A stretch of DNA of 62,581 nucleotides, the filler included, from Diploschistes diacapsis (lineage: Eukaryota), in NCBI GenBank assembly GCA_023645945.1. It is 5 parts of 5 records of this genome, joined end to end, with 100 filler letters (N's around TTAATTAATTAA, not from the genome) between each part and the next. Parts side by side here need not be neighbours in the genome. Positions count along the whole stretch, not along the records: positions 1 to 30,932 come from JALAIB010000123.1; positions 31,033 to 38,856 come from JALAIB010001233.1; 3 more parts are not named here. One strand, written 5' to 3'. Made by a program: the position numbers and the translations under genes. This document shows, in pieces, positions 23,581-36,342 of this stretch; position 1 is the stretch's first letter; each line of letters begins with the position of its first letter. Under the pieces are notes generated by a model, which was not told the origin of the DNA, ran no database searches, and was given only the letters and a program-made list of their open reading frames with translations.

Positions 23581-24510
23581 ATGGGAAGGATGTTTGACTG
23601 AGTGGGTGGGTGGGGTCTTTGTGGGGTCTATCTACCGCCTATTGCTCCGGTCTGGGCGATTTGAAGCTCGTTGGATACCGTATCTTTTTGCGAGGGATTA
23701 TGAAGTATATTCGCTGCCTTTGGTCTCAAGCCTTCTTTTACACCTGTCATTTTCATCCGCCTTAGTGCAGAGCTACACTGATAATCCGAGGAGATCAAGA
23801 TGCGCCGTTTTCTCCGTTAAAGGTGCGCCAACGCCCAACGTGCAGTGCATAGCTACTAAAGACATTTCTCTGCCTCTTATTGGGCGGCCCATCCAACAGT
23901 GCACCAGTCTTACTTGATATACGAGTACGTCTTATCAAGTGCATAGGACGTCAGCGGCAACCAAACGGCCTGAAGATACTTGTGGCTTTGAGAGTGCTTC
24001 CCATTCTAGACACTGAGATCGACCCCTTGCAACCACCTCATTTTTACCTTCCTCTAGCGTACCTGTGATTGTTGTTTCGTGGTATGGTTGAGTTGTAATG
24101 CCGCATTTTTGTTTTTGGTACATGGAAGTCTCACTTAGCCGTCATGCTCTTGGGTTTGTGGGTGCTCCGATGACTATGCGGTAAAGCGGTGAACGGTTGG
24201 CGGTTGAGTAATGGCAGCTGCTAGCAGAGTGTAGGGTGTTAAGGTAAGTTGCGTGTATGTTCAACGTCCCAGGTGATTGAGCGGCCTTATACTGGGGGCA
24301 TTAGTAGGTCTTTCAGTCCGTTCAAATAATGGCCAAGGGTTCAGTTTGCAAAGAAGGACGACGAAGATGAGCTCAAACTGAAGGATATATCGAAGACTCC
24401 AGGCTCCAGACGCCAAGGGGTTAAGCGAGGCTCTAAGCCCGGGTCTTGGCATTTCAGGTACATATCACCAGTAGCCTAGTAGGGCTACTACGCGCCGCCT
24501 TGCAAGCAAT

Positions 24511-24619
24511 GTAAACAAACTGAAGGACAAACTCTGAATCAACAAAGTACGAGCACCCACTACACTTTCTTTTTCTGCTTAATGATCATGAACGCCTTTA
24601 TTTGACGCTTACCACGCGT
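24511..24619 (+). promoter_or_regulatory. Candidate cell-cycle elements upstream of TOP2: forkhead site GTAAACAAA (24511-24519) and MCB ACGCGT (24614-24619)
   Basis: Exact matches to fungal Fkh and MluI cell-cycle box consensus within 200 bp of the TOP2 ATG. Confidence 0.5.
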
Positions 24620-24707
24620 AGGAAGAGTCTCTACTCTTCACTTCTTTCGTTCAGTCTCTTCTTCAATCGCTCTCACCAGAGCACATCCTTGTCCATCGCC
24701 GCGTATC

Positions 24708-27700
24708 ATGGACTCGTTACTTGACGACTCGGCCTTCGGTGCCGGTGGTGGTAGTGAGGCCAGCTCAGACTTTGAGCCTCCAGTTGTAAGTATCGGGCTC
24801 GGGTCCCGCTCTCAGCATGTCTCCATTGTTTGCTTACTAGCTTCCGGCAGAAGATAACAGCAAAGGCCGCACCTAAGCCGAAGAAACCAGCTGCTTCAAA
24901 GGCCGCGCCAAAAAAAACAACGCAGACTACCCTCAAGCCTACTAAGACCAAACCAGCCCCAAAGAAACGCGCCAAGCCCATGTCAGACGACGAAGACGAG
25001 GACATCTCCCTTCGAGACCATGTTACTAACGACGATTCCGTACTCTCGCATACTCCGCCTAGTGCCAAGAAGCAGAAGAAGGCTCCGGCACCCAAAAAGG
25101 CTGCCGGCAAGCCTTTAGCTCCTGTTGAGAATGAGGTTGCGGCCTTCGACGGGGCTGCCGAGTCGAAGTCGAAGTCCGCCTCAGACAGGTACCAGAAGGT
25201 ACAGTATTTACATATCCGAGCATGATTTATTTGCTGACAGCCGGCAGCTTACTCAGTTGGAACACATCATCAAACGTCCAGATACCTACATTGGCTCCGT
25301 CGAGCACAATGAAAAGCAGATGTGGGTATATAACAGCGAAAAGGAGTCTATGGAGCTACGAGATGTAAGCTTCGTGCCTGGTCTGTACAAGATCTTCGAT
25401 GAGATCTTGGTCAATGCGGCGGATAACAAGTCAAACGACAAGAACATGGATACTATCAAGGTCTCTATGGACAAAGACAGCGGAGAAATTAGCGTATGGA
25501 ATAATGGACATGGTATCCCGATCCAGATTCACAAGAAGGAGAACATCTACATCCCGGAGATGATTTTCGGCCACCTCCTGACCGGCTCAAACTACGATGA
25601 CGACGAGCAGAAGGTTACCGGTGGCCGTAACGGTTATGGTGCCAAGCTGTGCAACATATTCAGCACGAAGTTCACAATCGAGACTGCAGACTCTAAAACG
25701 AAACAAAAATACAAGCAGACGTGGACCGACAACATGAGTAAGATGGGTAAGGCTACCATCACAACCCAGAAGGGCAGCGATGACTACACCAAGGTCACCT
25801 TCACTCCAGACTGGAAATATTTCAAGATGGATGGCATCGACGACGACTTCGAAGCCTTGGTTAAGCGTCGCGTCTACGACGTGGCCGGAGCGTTGAGGGG
25901 GGTGAAAGTCTATCTCAACGGCGACAGAATCAAGACAAACAGCTTCAAAGCCTACATGGAGATGTATACGAAAGCCATCAAGGCCGAGCGAGGCGAAGAA
26001 GCTGCCGGCGACCTTTCCGAGATCGTTACGGATACCGACAAGAGCCGCTGGGAGATTGGGTTTGCCGTTTCGGATGGCTCGTTCCAGCAAGTGTCCTTCG
26101 TCAACTCGATTGCGACGACTTCGGGAGGTACACATGTCAACTACATCGCTGATCAGATCTGCAACAAGCTGATTGACATTGTCAAGAAGAAAAAGGACAA
26201 GAGTGGAGCGCAGCTGAAGCCCGGACAGATCCGAAACCACCTCTTCGTGTTTGTCAATGCGCAGATCGTCAATCCTGCCTTCACTTCCCAAACGAAGGAA
26301 CAACTGACCACCAAGCAGAGTCAGTTCGGAAGCAAATTCCAGGTCACGGATGAGTTCATGAAGAAAATTGTTAGCAAAACGCAGGTAGTTGCAAACATCA
26401 TGGCCTTTGCCCAGCAGAAAGCGGATCAGATCCTCAAGAAGAGCGACGGTGCTCGCCGTAGCCGCATGGATAACCCAAAATTGACGGATGCGAACAAGGC
26501 TGGTACTAAAGACGGGTGGCAATGCACCTTGATCTTGACCGAAGGTGATTCAGCCAAAGGGCTTGCGATGCAAGGAAGATCCATCGTTGGCCCCGATCTG
26601 TTTGGCGTGTTCCCGCTGCGCGGTAAGCTGCTGAACGTGCGCGACGCCTCCATCGATCAGATTTCGAAGAACGCCGAGATCCAAAATATCAAGAATATCC
26701 TCGGCCTCAAGCACAAGCAAACCTACAACGACTGCAAGAGTCTTCGATACGGCCACATTATGATCATGACTGATCAAGACCACGATGGCTCTCACATCAA
26801 GGGGCTTCTGATCAACTTCCTGCAGGTTCAGTATCCTAGCCTACTGAAGATTCCGCAGTTCCTGATCGAGTTCATCACTCCCATCGCAAAAGTGATAAAA
26901 GGCGACCCCAAAAAGCCTACTAAATCGCACATGTTCTTTACCATGCCAGAGTACGAAACTTGGAAAGAGGCACACAAAAATGAGCGCACCTGGGAACACA
27001 AGTACTACAAGGGTTTGGGTACCAGCAGCGATGAAGATGGAGAGAGGTACTTTCGTGACCTGGACAGGCATCTCAAAGAGTTTCACGCAATGCAGGAGCA
27101 CGAGCCCGAGCTGATCGAGCTTGCTTTCTCCAAGAAGAAGGCTGATGAACGTAAAGAATGGCTGCGGCAGTACAGGCCTGGTACTTTCCTCGATCATACG
27201 ACCCGAGATATCACCTACCAAGACTTTGTCAACAAGGAGCTTATCCTTTTCAGCATGGCTGACAATGTGCGTTCTATCCCTTCGATAGTTGACGGATTTA
27301 AGCCTGGCCAGCGGAAAGTCTTGTTCACGTGCTTGAAACGCAACCTGAAGAAGGACATGAAGGTTGTCGAGCTTGCCGGTCACGTCCTCGGTGTTACTGC
27401 GTATCACCATGGCGAAAACTCTCTCCAACAAACCATAATCGGTATGGCCCAGACATTTGTTGGCTCCAACAATGTCAATACACTAGAGCCAAGTGGGAAC
27501 TTCGGTAGTCGTCTTCAGGGTGGTAGCGATGCTGCTAGCGCCCGATATATCTTCACACGGCTCTCTCCGTTCGCCAGAAAGGTCTTTCACCAACTCGATG
27601 AGCCTTTACTCAAGCACAACGTCGATGATGACAAGATCATCGAGCCTGAGGTTTATGTACCTGTTGTCCCTATGGTTCTGATTAACGGCGCGGATGGTAT

Positions 27701-30407
27701 TGGGACTGGCTGGAGTACGTCAATCCCGAACTACAACCCGAAAGACATTGTCGACAACTTGAAGCGTATGATGAGAGGCGAGGAGCCTGAAGCTATGACG
27801 CCTTGGTTTCGTGACTTCGAGGGAGCGGTTGAAAAGATCGCTTCTGACAGATACAAGATCAGCGGTATTATCACCCAGACTGGAGACAACGAACTCGAGG
27901 TCAGGGAACTGCCGATCCGAATGTGGACCCAGGACTTCAAGGACAGGCTCGTCGACGTGATCAAGGCCGAGAAGGCGCCTTCATGGATCAAGGACTACGA
28001 TGACTACAACACCAAGCAAAAGGTCAACTTTGTAATCCGTATGGAGGACAAACATATGCAGGCTGCTCTCAATGAGGGCCTCGAAGAGAGGTTCAAGATC
28101 GTCAAGACCATGGCCACTTCGAACCTCGTGGCGTTCGATGCGCAAGGGAGGATCACCAAGTATGCCAACGTTGAGGAGATCCTGAAGGCCTTTTATGATG
28201 TGCGGATCAAATTCTACGAGAAGCGAAAGGTAAGGGGTAATGAAGCTTGGATGCCAAGTTGATACTGACACTGTCTAGGCTTATCAGCTCGCTGAGATGA
28301 ATAGTCAGCTAGAAAAGCTGACCAATCAAGCGCGATTCGTACAAATGATCATCGACGGCAAGCTGACCGTCTCAAAGAAGAAGAAGAGGGACCTCGTCAC
28401 TGAGCTCAAAGAGAAGAACTTCAAGCCATTCCCAAAGATCGCTGATGCCACCAAGGATGGTGAAGTGGAGCCAGCCATGGAGGACAAAGATGACGATGAA
28501 GAGGTGGACACTGCTGCCAATGCGTATGATTATTTGCTCGGGGTAAGATTGCAACCACCGGAGATGTTTCGGTTCCTTGTTAACGCCGTCTTTAGATGGC
28601 CATCTGGTCTTTGACCAAAGAGCGCGTGGAAAAACTCCTTAAGCAGATAGGTGACAAACAGCTTGAAATCGACGACCTCATCAAGCTCAGCAAGGAGGAT
28701 CTTTGGAACCGTGACCTCGACGGCTTCATCCAAGAATGGGAGTGCCAGCTCGAGGAAGACCGGTCCATGCGCAAGAAGGTCCATGGTATGAAGCGCCGCG
28801 TTTCCTCCAAGCTCCGAACTCAAGTCAACCCGGGCCGCAAGCGCAAGGGGGGTGAGGACGGCGATGACTCTGACTTTGGCGCGGCGAAGAAGCTTGCTAA
28901 AAAAGCCAAGCCGCAAGAGAACAACTTGCTTGGATACCTCGCTCAGCCCAAGGAATCCGCTCCCACCAAGAAAGTTGCAGAAGCAAAATCAAAACCCAAG
29001 CCAAAATCTGACGATTTCTGGATGAACATTGATGACAATTCCTCCGACATTGACCTCGCAGCCGTCAGCGCCGCAGCATCCAAATCAAAAACCGTGCCCA
29101 CAAAACCACCTGCCGTTGCAACTGCAGCAACTCCAGACTCCGATTCTGACGCCGGCCCAACAGCGGCCCGTGGCGCCCGGCGTGTCGCAGCTCGCAAGCC
29201 CGTCAACTACGGCGCCCTGACAGACTCCGAGCTCGACTCGGACGGAGACTTTGACGTCGGCAAAATGGTCAAAGGCATTGGCGAGAACTCGTCTTCTGCC
29301 ACAACTTCGCGGCCACTGTTCGCTGCCTCAGCCACCACCTCGAGGCCCGGATCAAGTCACGGCCTGGCAGCGGCAAGGAAGAGCTTCACCATGAGCGGCC
29401 GTCCTAGCATGGCGAATGTAGGCGAAGACGGAGAAGGCGAGGACGAGACGGATTATACGCGCCTTGCTCCCTCCAAAGCCGCAACGGCCAAGGCAGCTGC
29501 GATTGCATTAAGCGACGACGAAGACATTACCGGGACCGTGGACCTGGATGGCCCTAACCCCGTCGCTGCCCCCAAGCCCGCGCCGGCGGCAACCGCGACT
29601 GCTGCAGCCAACGGCGTCAAGAAACGAGGGCGACCGGCGGCAGCCACCAGCAAGCCTAAGGGGGCAAAGGAGAAGGAGCCCAAGGCAAAGGCCGCCGATT
29701 CAAAGAGAGCCAAGGCCGCCGGCAAACCAGATAAGAAACAGCCGACCCTCTCGCCCGCCGCCAAGGCGTACGCGGCGAAACAGAAGCTCGCTGCGGCGCC
29801 GGCGTCTTCTGCACCCTCAAAGCCTGCTGCGGCTTCGAGAAGTAAGAATGTCTTTAGCGATGAGAGCGATAACGAAGATGTCTTTGTGGACGCCAAGGAC
29901 GACAAGGGCAATAGTGTGGAGAAGCTCGCGGACGAGATTCTCAGCGATGATGAGGACGACGAGGACGATGATCTGCCTGTTTTGAGTAAGGGTAGGGCCA
30001 AGGGCAAGGACACTGGCGCCAGAACCGCGAAGCAGGCTGCGGCGCCCAAGCCGAAACCCAAGGCTGCTGCGAGTGCTCCGGCGCCGAAAGCGAAGGCTCA
30101 GCCCAAAGCCAAGGGCAAGGCGGCAAAGAGGGCGGCGAGCGAGGACGAGGATGAGCTGGACGCAATGAACTTGGATGGCGCAGATGACGATGATGATGAC
30201 GATGATGACGATATCATCGCTGCGCCGACGGCGAGGGCCGGAGGAGTGAGGCCGGCGAGGAGGGCGGCGGCGGCTGCGGTGAAGAAGGCTTGGATTGTTG
30301 ATGACGACGAGGACGACGAGGACGACGGTGGAGTCGATGAGAGTGAGTTGGTGGTGGATGGGGGGTCGGACGAGAGCGTGGAGTTCGACGAGGATGATGA
30401 TGAGTAG
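24708..30407 (+). CDS. TOP2: DNA topoisomerase II; 5 exons: 24708-24785, 24851-25198, 25248-28229, 28279-28542, 28596-30407
   Basis: GHKL ATPase motifs (KIFDEILVNAADN, GGRNGYGAKL), TOPRIM motifs (LTEGDSA, PLRGK, MTDQDHDGSHIKGL), catalytic ARYIFT, long Ala/Lys/acidic C-terminal tail; all introns GT-AG and in frame. Confidence 0.97.
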
Positions 30408-30932
30408 GGGATTGGGAAGGGGTAACGACTTTGGATGCAAGGGGGGGAAGGAGTACCTAGTGAGCTGGATGGATATGCTTCTACGTACGGAAGGAAGTTT
30501 TGCTGGTTGGCTTTGTGGGGTTGGGGGGCCCTTCATGGGGTGTACGCGTGAGGTTTGCTGGATCGGGGGCTCGTGGCGTTTGCATGGTACTGGTACTGGT
30601 ACTTACTCGACCCAATGGCGAAATTCTATCCATCTTACTTTCTTATTTGAAAATCGCGTCACATTCTGTGACCGTTGTCTGCGAGCTCCTCGATGCTTCT
30701 TCCTACGGAAGGTAGGAAGGTGGGCGACCTCGACTTTTCTGTCACCTCACCCCCATCTCAACCCCAACCTAGCCCACTTTTTTACCCCAGCCTCCTCCCC
30801 CATCGTCCCCTCATCTAAACACATACATACCTTCCGGCTATATCAAGAATCTACATACCCTACCTACCTTTTGTTGTTGTACCCAACCAACCCAGCTAGC
30901 TACCTACCTACGCCACATCTCAACCCCCGCAG

Positions 30933-31032
30933 NNNNNNNNNNNNNNNNNNNNNNNNNNNNNNNNNNNNNNNNNNNNTTAATTAATTAANNNNNNNNNNNN
31001 NNNNNNNNNNNNNNNNNNNNNNNNNNNNNNNN
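30933..31032. other. Artificial contig spacer (N44-TTAATTAATTAA-N44)
   Basis: 100-nt N run carrying a linker with stop codons in all six frames. Confidence 0.98.
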
Positions 31033-31409
31033 GTTCTTCTACTGGTGCTTGAGGAGATCCGTGCGAGCGAGCGTGGCTTTGCCTGCGGAATATCACAGCA
31101 GCGTGTTTAGCGAGGCGTTTCCAGGATGCTTCTGTAAAGGGTGAAAGATTCTCGAGGGGGCGTGGGCGGTAGATGGTTATTCAAGACCGTTTATTTCAGA
31201 GCATGGGCGGAAAATTATATCAGATTTCGTGATAGCAATGAAATACAACCCAAGTTAGGGGTTTGTGTGCATATGACAATGCTTTGTTCAAAGTTCTTCA
31301 ATTCTTTCGTTCATTCAGACTATGCAAAGACAGACTATGCACAGGGCGAATAATCCTCTCGCAAGCGCGCAACAGCTATCGCCCAAACCCGGCTTTCCGC
31401 GAAAGTCCT

Positions 31410-32272
31410 TCAAGCCACCAACGTGCTCGCCGTAGCACTCTCGTATCTCCACGTGGGCGGTAAAGCGCCGACAGTCTTGTAGTATCTTGAGAGGCGGTGA
31501 ATACGGGATTCGATCAAGATAAGGCGGAACTTGGAATCTTTGTCTTTACGGTTACGCTCGAGGTGCTTCCGGACGGCGACAGCCTAACAGATTCATATCA
31601 GCATGCTCCTTTAAGTGGCAGCAAATTCCGAGAGCCCATGGAGGGGTAGAACACCCATGTACCTTCTTGATAAGCATGTACAGGTCCTCGGGAATTGCTG
31701 GGGCGAGGCCTGCAGTTCAAAATCACTCCGTCAGTCATCGTTGACCAAGCAGAGGCATAACGGGCATGGGATCCACAACGAGGCCAGGCGACGCCGTCAT
31801 TGCATGAGAAGGATCATGCTTGTGCAGCAAAGGAATGCTCGAGGGGATCAAGCAGGCCTGTGAGCAAGTGCCATTCCAATCCCATTTCCCTTTTCTCTTT
31901 ACATAGGTTGTAGCATACCGTTCGACTTCAGAATCCGGAGGATCTTGTTGCCTATAGCGGAAGATGTCAGCTGGTACAGTCAAAAAAGGCTTGCGAGTAG
32001 AGACAGCAACCGTACCAGTGATGACCTTGACCCTGGATAGAGTGTCAGTATGTTGCAGTAGAGCGCTACAGAGCTTGTGAGGCTTACTGGCTGATACCAT
32101 GCGCATCCCTCAGACTGGTGCCTATCTGCGAAGGTGAGGCTCCTTTTTTAGCGAGCTTGCAGATCTGCTCGACGATTTGGTCAGGAGTGGTTTTCAACCA
32201 GGCTGGAGGCGTTCTCGAGTATGGAATTGCACTGCCGGAGATACCCTTTCCGTTGCTATGAAGGCGACCCAT
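31410..32272 (-). CDS. RPS13: 40S ribosomal protein S13 (uS15); 5 exons: 32272-32088, 32032-32016, 31951-31919, 31709-31663, 31583-31410
   Basis: Spliced product [20 protein letters not shown]...[72 protein letters not shown]...TLVA*; four GT-AG introns. Confidence 0.97.
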
Positions 32273-34785
32273 GATTGCAGTAGAGAGATTATCGTGATTG
32301 AATGGAATATAGAGATCTTCCTTGGATGTCGGTTGTGGGAGATATTGTCGTAGGGCTGTGGACAGAAGGTGAGGTACGCTAGGCTTCTTGTGGCTAGACA
32401 CCCGCTTCACGAAGCTCAACTTTTCCTTCTCTCTAAAATGTTTCAAAGTTCGGTGTACCTTCCTTCCACGAAAGCGGAGGTTCATCATCTTGAGGAGCCT
32501 CTCATACCTTAGGCTCATTGAGAGTAACCATCGCTCCAGGCCTTGAGCTCAGCACAGTTGGGAGTCCTACGATGAATAGGTACAGTCCAGCCGGTGCAAC
32601 AAGCATGTCATTAGGTTACTAGTAAGTGCACACATTCTTCAAATCTTAACTGACATGATGAAACTTAAATCTTTACTATTTCTGGTACCTCTTATGCTAG
32701 AGACTTCTATATAGTCTCGATGATCTAAACGGACTCTGATACTGTCACCCTCTACAAATTCTATCGACCTCTTCCTCGACGTTGTTTCTTGGTTTGCTAA
32801 TATGCTTTCTCGACTCAGGTATGCCCAAGAGCTCGGATTCGCGAATGTACGACCATCGATGGTACCCATTGGTGTAAAAACAATCTGTCCAACTTGAGAC
32901 ATTCACCCACCCTATGTTACAGCAGTCCTACCGGCACTGCATTGAATCTGCCAGGAGATTTTACGTTGGGAGAATAACATAAAGACGTCTCGGCCAAGCG
33001 CCATACTATTACACCCTACTATCGGAACGTTAGTAGTAGGCTTATAGGAATTCCTTAATTATAATCTCTACGATCCTAGTCATTCACTTATAAGACCGAC
33101 ATCTGTCATTGTCATTGATATCATGCATACAAAGCTAAAATGAGTCCCTTTATACGTCCCAGTTTTCGAAGTGCAATCATGCGGTCCGTCCTAGTCTTTG
33201 CATCGGACAGCTATTTTAACGCCAAAGGTTGAAAGCCGAAGATTTGAAGATCAACAGGATCTCAGCTGGTCGATTGAAGATGTTATCCACGTCATCTAAT
33301 AATTCATTGCTGCAAAATGTTTGATCCTGCACAATGCGTTCAGCTCCCCAGATTTAGGGAACAAAAGCTTACACATTGTGTATGTGGTCCAGCCTCGAGT
33401 GTCTGCTACAAGGGCCATCAGACCTTCGACATGCAGCGATGGTTACATTGGCTTTGCAATTACTTATTGTAGCACTCCACTAGTCCTGTTTTCCTCGTAC
33501 TAGCCCACGCCAGTCAATGATTTGCAGGACCCTCCTTAGTCCGTCGTACTCAGTCCCGTGGGCGGATGGCGTATGTAGGTTTGGCCTGCTATAGGCCAAA
33601 CCCTCGATTCAGCTAGATACTAAAAAGGCATTCTCCACGAGGGGTGGGCGGATAGTTGCAATATCTTATCGCTTTGCACGCGCCTGAGGTTGCTTCGCAA
33701 AGCTGAAGGGCGCATGGCAAGAAACCAATGATTTAGAGCATCAACGACGTTAGGCGAGGAGGAACTCTAATTGGCGTTTGCGAATGGCGGCAAAGTCTCG
33801 CTTAGTACAGGGTTACGGATAATGGGACACAGGTAGGGAGGGGAAGAGTAAGCTGAGGGTGTGCCGACCCGCCAATTCCACAAGAGAACGAGTCTGCTTC
33901 TGTTTTTGCAGCATTGGTTTTTAAGATCGGTTCATGCACCATTGGATGCCTCTCTAGCAAAACGACATTGCCTTGCAGAAATTATACTGTCATCCCTATG
34001 GCTTTTCGATGAGACGCTTACACGCGTTGCTTGCGCCTAGGGCTGAGGAAGAATTTTACTTAGAGATGTGTGAAATTACAGGAAGGAGTGGTGATGCGCA
34101 AAAGTTCAGTGAAGCGTCTTTGGGACTTTCGTAAGGCTGCCATTTCACCGCCTCAGTTTTTTCTATGTCGGGGGGCTGAGGCACTTCATTTCATTTCGTT
34201 CATGCTACCTAGGTACAAAACGATCAAACACGAAGGCATCCGTGCATATCAAACGCTGGTGGAAATGAGGGAATGTTTGACTGGACAGATCTGGAATAGA
34301 ACCTCATCGTGATATGTTACGGGCTGTTGCACATCAAACCATCGGTACAGTCAGAATTCTGCTTTTGAAAAATGTCTGGATGGGGCCGAAGTCAGATCTT
34401 AGCATTGTTCAGGTCAGAAATTTTCCCGCCCGCATGTGTGGGGTCTGTCTTCTTGGGGAAGAGCTGCAAGCCCAGTCCCCAAGCCAGTCCCCGCGTAGTA
34501 GTAGAGGTCAAGATTGCCTTCTTCAGGCCGGCAAGGCCAGGCGTATTGCATTGCGTAGGCAGAATCAGCACCCGCGCATATACTGCAATGTCACTCCAAT
34601 GGCGCAGGGGGATTTATTCATCTGAGATTCGAGGCTCCTTACGCTGCTTCAAATACTAATCGACTTTCGTTGTTGTTGTTGTTGTTGCCACCGTAGAGCT
34701 TGGCTGTGCAGGACAAAGCTCTGGTTGAGGTTGTTGAATGGAAAAGGCCAAGAAACTTTGAGCTTGGCGGCGGATCGCGCGAAGT

Positions 34786-34850
34786 GATATGTGATTATGT
34801 GATGTGTGATGTGATGTGATGGGATGTGTGATATCACGGATGTGTGATGT
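34786..34850. repeat. Imperfect (TGTGA)n pentanucleotide repeat
   Basis: gatatgtgattatgtgatgtgtgatgtgatgtgatgggatgtgtgat... read directly. Confidence 0.75.
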
Positions 34851-36342
34851 GACAGAATATTCAACCCTATTATCCTATCGCTGTTGAAATGAATGTAAGA
34901 CTTTTCGCTTTTAGTACTCTTTAATAAGAGATCACAGTGGTTGGTTGGCCTTTGGATTTAAGCTGATGACTGGCGTTTGGCTAGTGCTTACGTGCTAATA
35001 TATTTCAACCGCCATGGGCCAATTACGATGTTTTGCTAGTGGTCATGGTTATTGGCCGAAGAATGGGGGATAGGGATGGGGATAAACATTGAGATAATGG
35101 AAGAAATGAGATGTGACGAAGTGCGCTTAGAGCAGAAAGGGTAAAAATGCAGTAGTGGCAATTGTCAGTTTTAGGAAAGTCGAAGGCGGAAATGGCGCGA
35201 AAATGATAAATTGGTGCGGACAAATGGGCGTGTGTGAATGCGGCCAGAAGAGGAAAGTCCCGGGCAGGGCCACGGCACGTGAGTGAAACCTCGCGATTGG
35301 TGCTCTTGCTCTAGCCTCCGTTCCAGCTCTTCGGCCCCCGGCCCACGCCACCATCCTTCGAAGCTAGAACTTCTCTTTCATTCACTCACTCACTCACTCT
35401 CTCTCTCTCTCTCCGTGCCACCCTTGTGGACTCCTGCCGCCAGATCATGCCTCTCAGCAAACATCCTTACAACTCCAGAGGCTCCCTTGCTGACCGGGGT
35501 CCTGACTGGGGTGCTGCTGCACGCCTCCAGTGCCTCGTACGAGTGCGCCTTTATTATTGCATTATCACTAACTATTGCACCTCCTACCATGCTACCATGC
35601 TTCCCCATCGCACGATCAACAGTCGGGACGGCAACACTACTACTCGTAGAAACGTTGGGTCGGCATCGGTCTATGGCCTGCTCTTACCACGCGGCCTCAG
35701 GTTTGATCTCGCATAGGTACAATAACAGTGCCACCTACCTCTCGTTTTTTCCTACGTGCCTCGCTTCTGTCATTCAACTTTCAAAATCCATACATAAACC
35801 TACGTACGTACGTACGTTGGTGGTGCTCTTGTCGTTTCATGGATTCTGCGCGTGGTCCCGACAGACCGGAAAGGGCAACCCCGATGTCAGGCTTGCACCG
35901 TGCACAACTGTGATACCCCCAGATATCTGCTTTAGGCCCTTCCTTTGCCACCAGAGTCTTCGGCCGCTCTTCATGCTGCCTGTTTCGTGTTTCGGATTCC
36001 TTCCATCTTTAGATAGCTTGTTGCTCCGTCGAATATATAGAACGCATATCACTCTTCTTAGCTCTTGCGCGACCCTCGATATATTGGCTCCAGCCGTTTT
36101 GCACACTTGCACCGCATTATACCAGCGAGCATCGATATTGGCGTGGCTTTCATCTGAGGTGGGAACAACCGCTATATTGTGATATTGAGGACAGGTCGAG
36201 GTGGGAGCAGCTGCAGGCCAAAAGCATATTGTTCCGTCTTGGTGTAAATGGTTTTTTGGAGTACCGGTCGCCGTCACCGCCTTGCTTTCGAACGCGGTTT
36301 TTATAGAGCTATAGTTGCTGGCGACGCTGTAGCGCCTACGGC

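Noticed and set aside
25587..27431. Long minus-strand ORFs (311 and 196 aa) within TOP2
   Set aside because: Antisense shadows of a codon-biased gene.
30295..30984. 229-aa ORF overlapping the TOP2 3' end
   Set aside because: Alternate frame through low-complexity 3' UTR that ends only at the artificial linker.
31710..31918. U14 or other box C/D snoRNA in the RPS13 intron, as in vertebrates
   Set aside because: No well-placed RTGATGA box C and no U14 antisense elements visible.
35283..36182. 299-aa ORF upstream of the GPCR
   Set aside because: GTG start, runs through CT microsatellites, no codon bias or motifs; more likely leader sequence.
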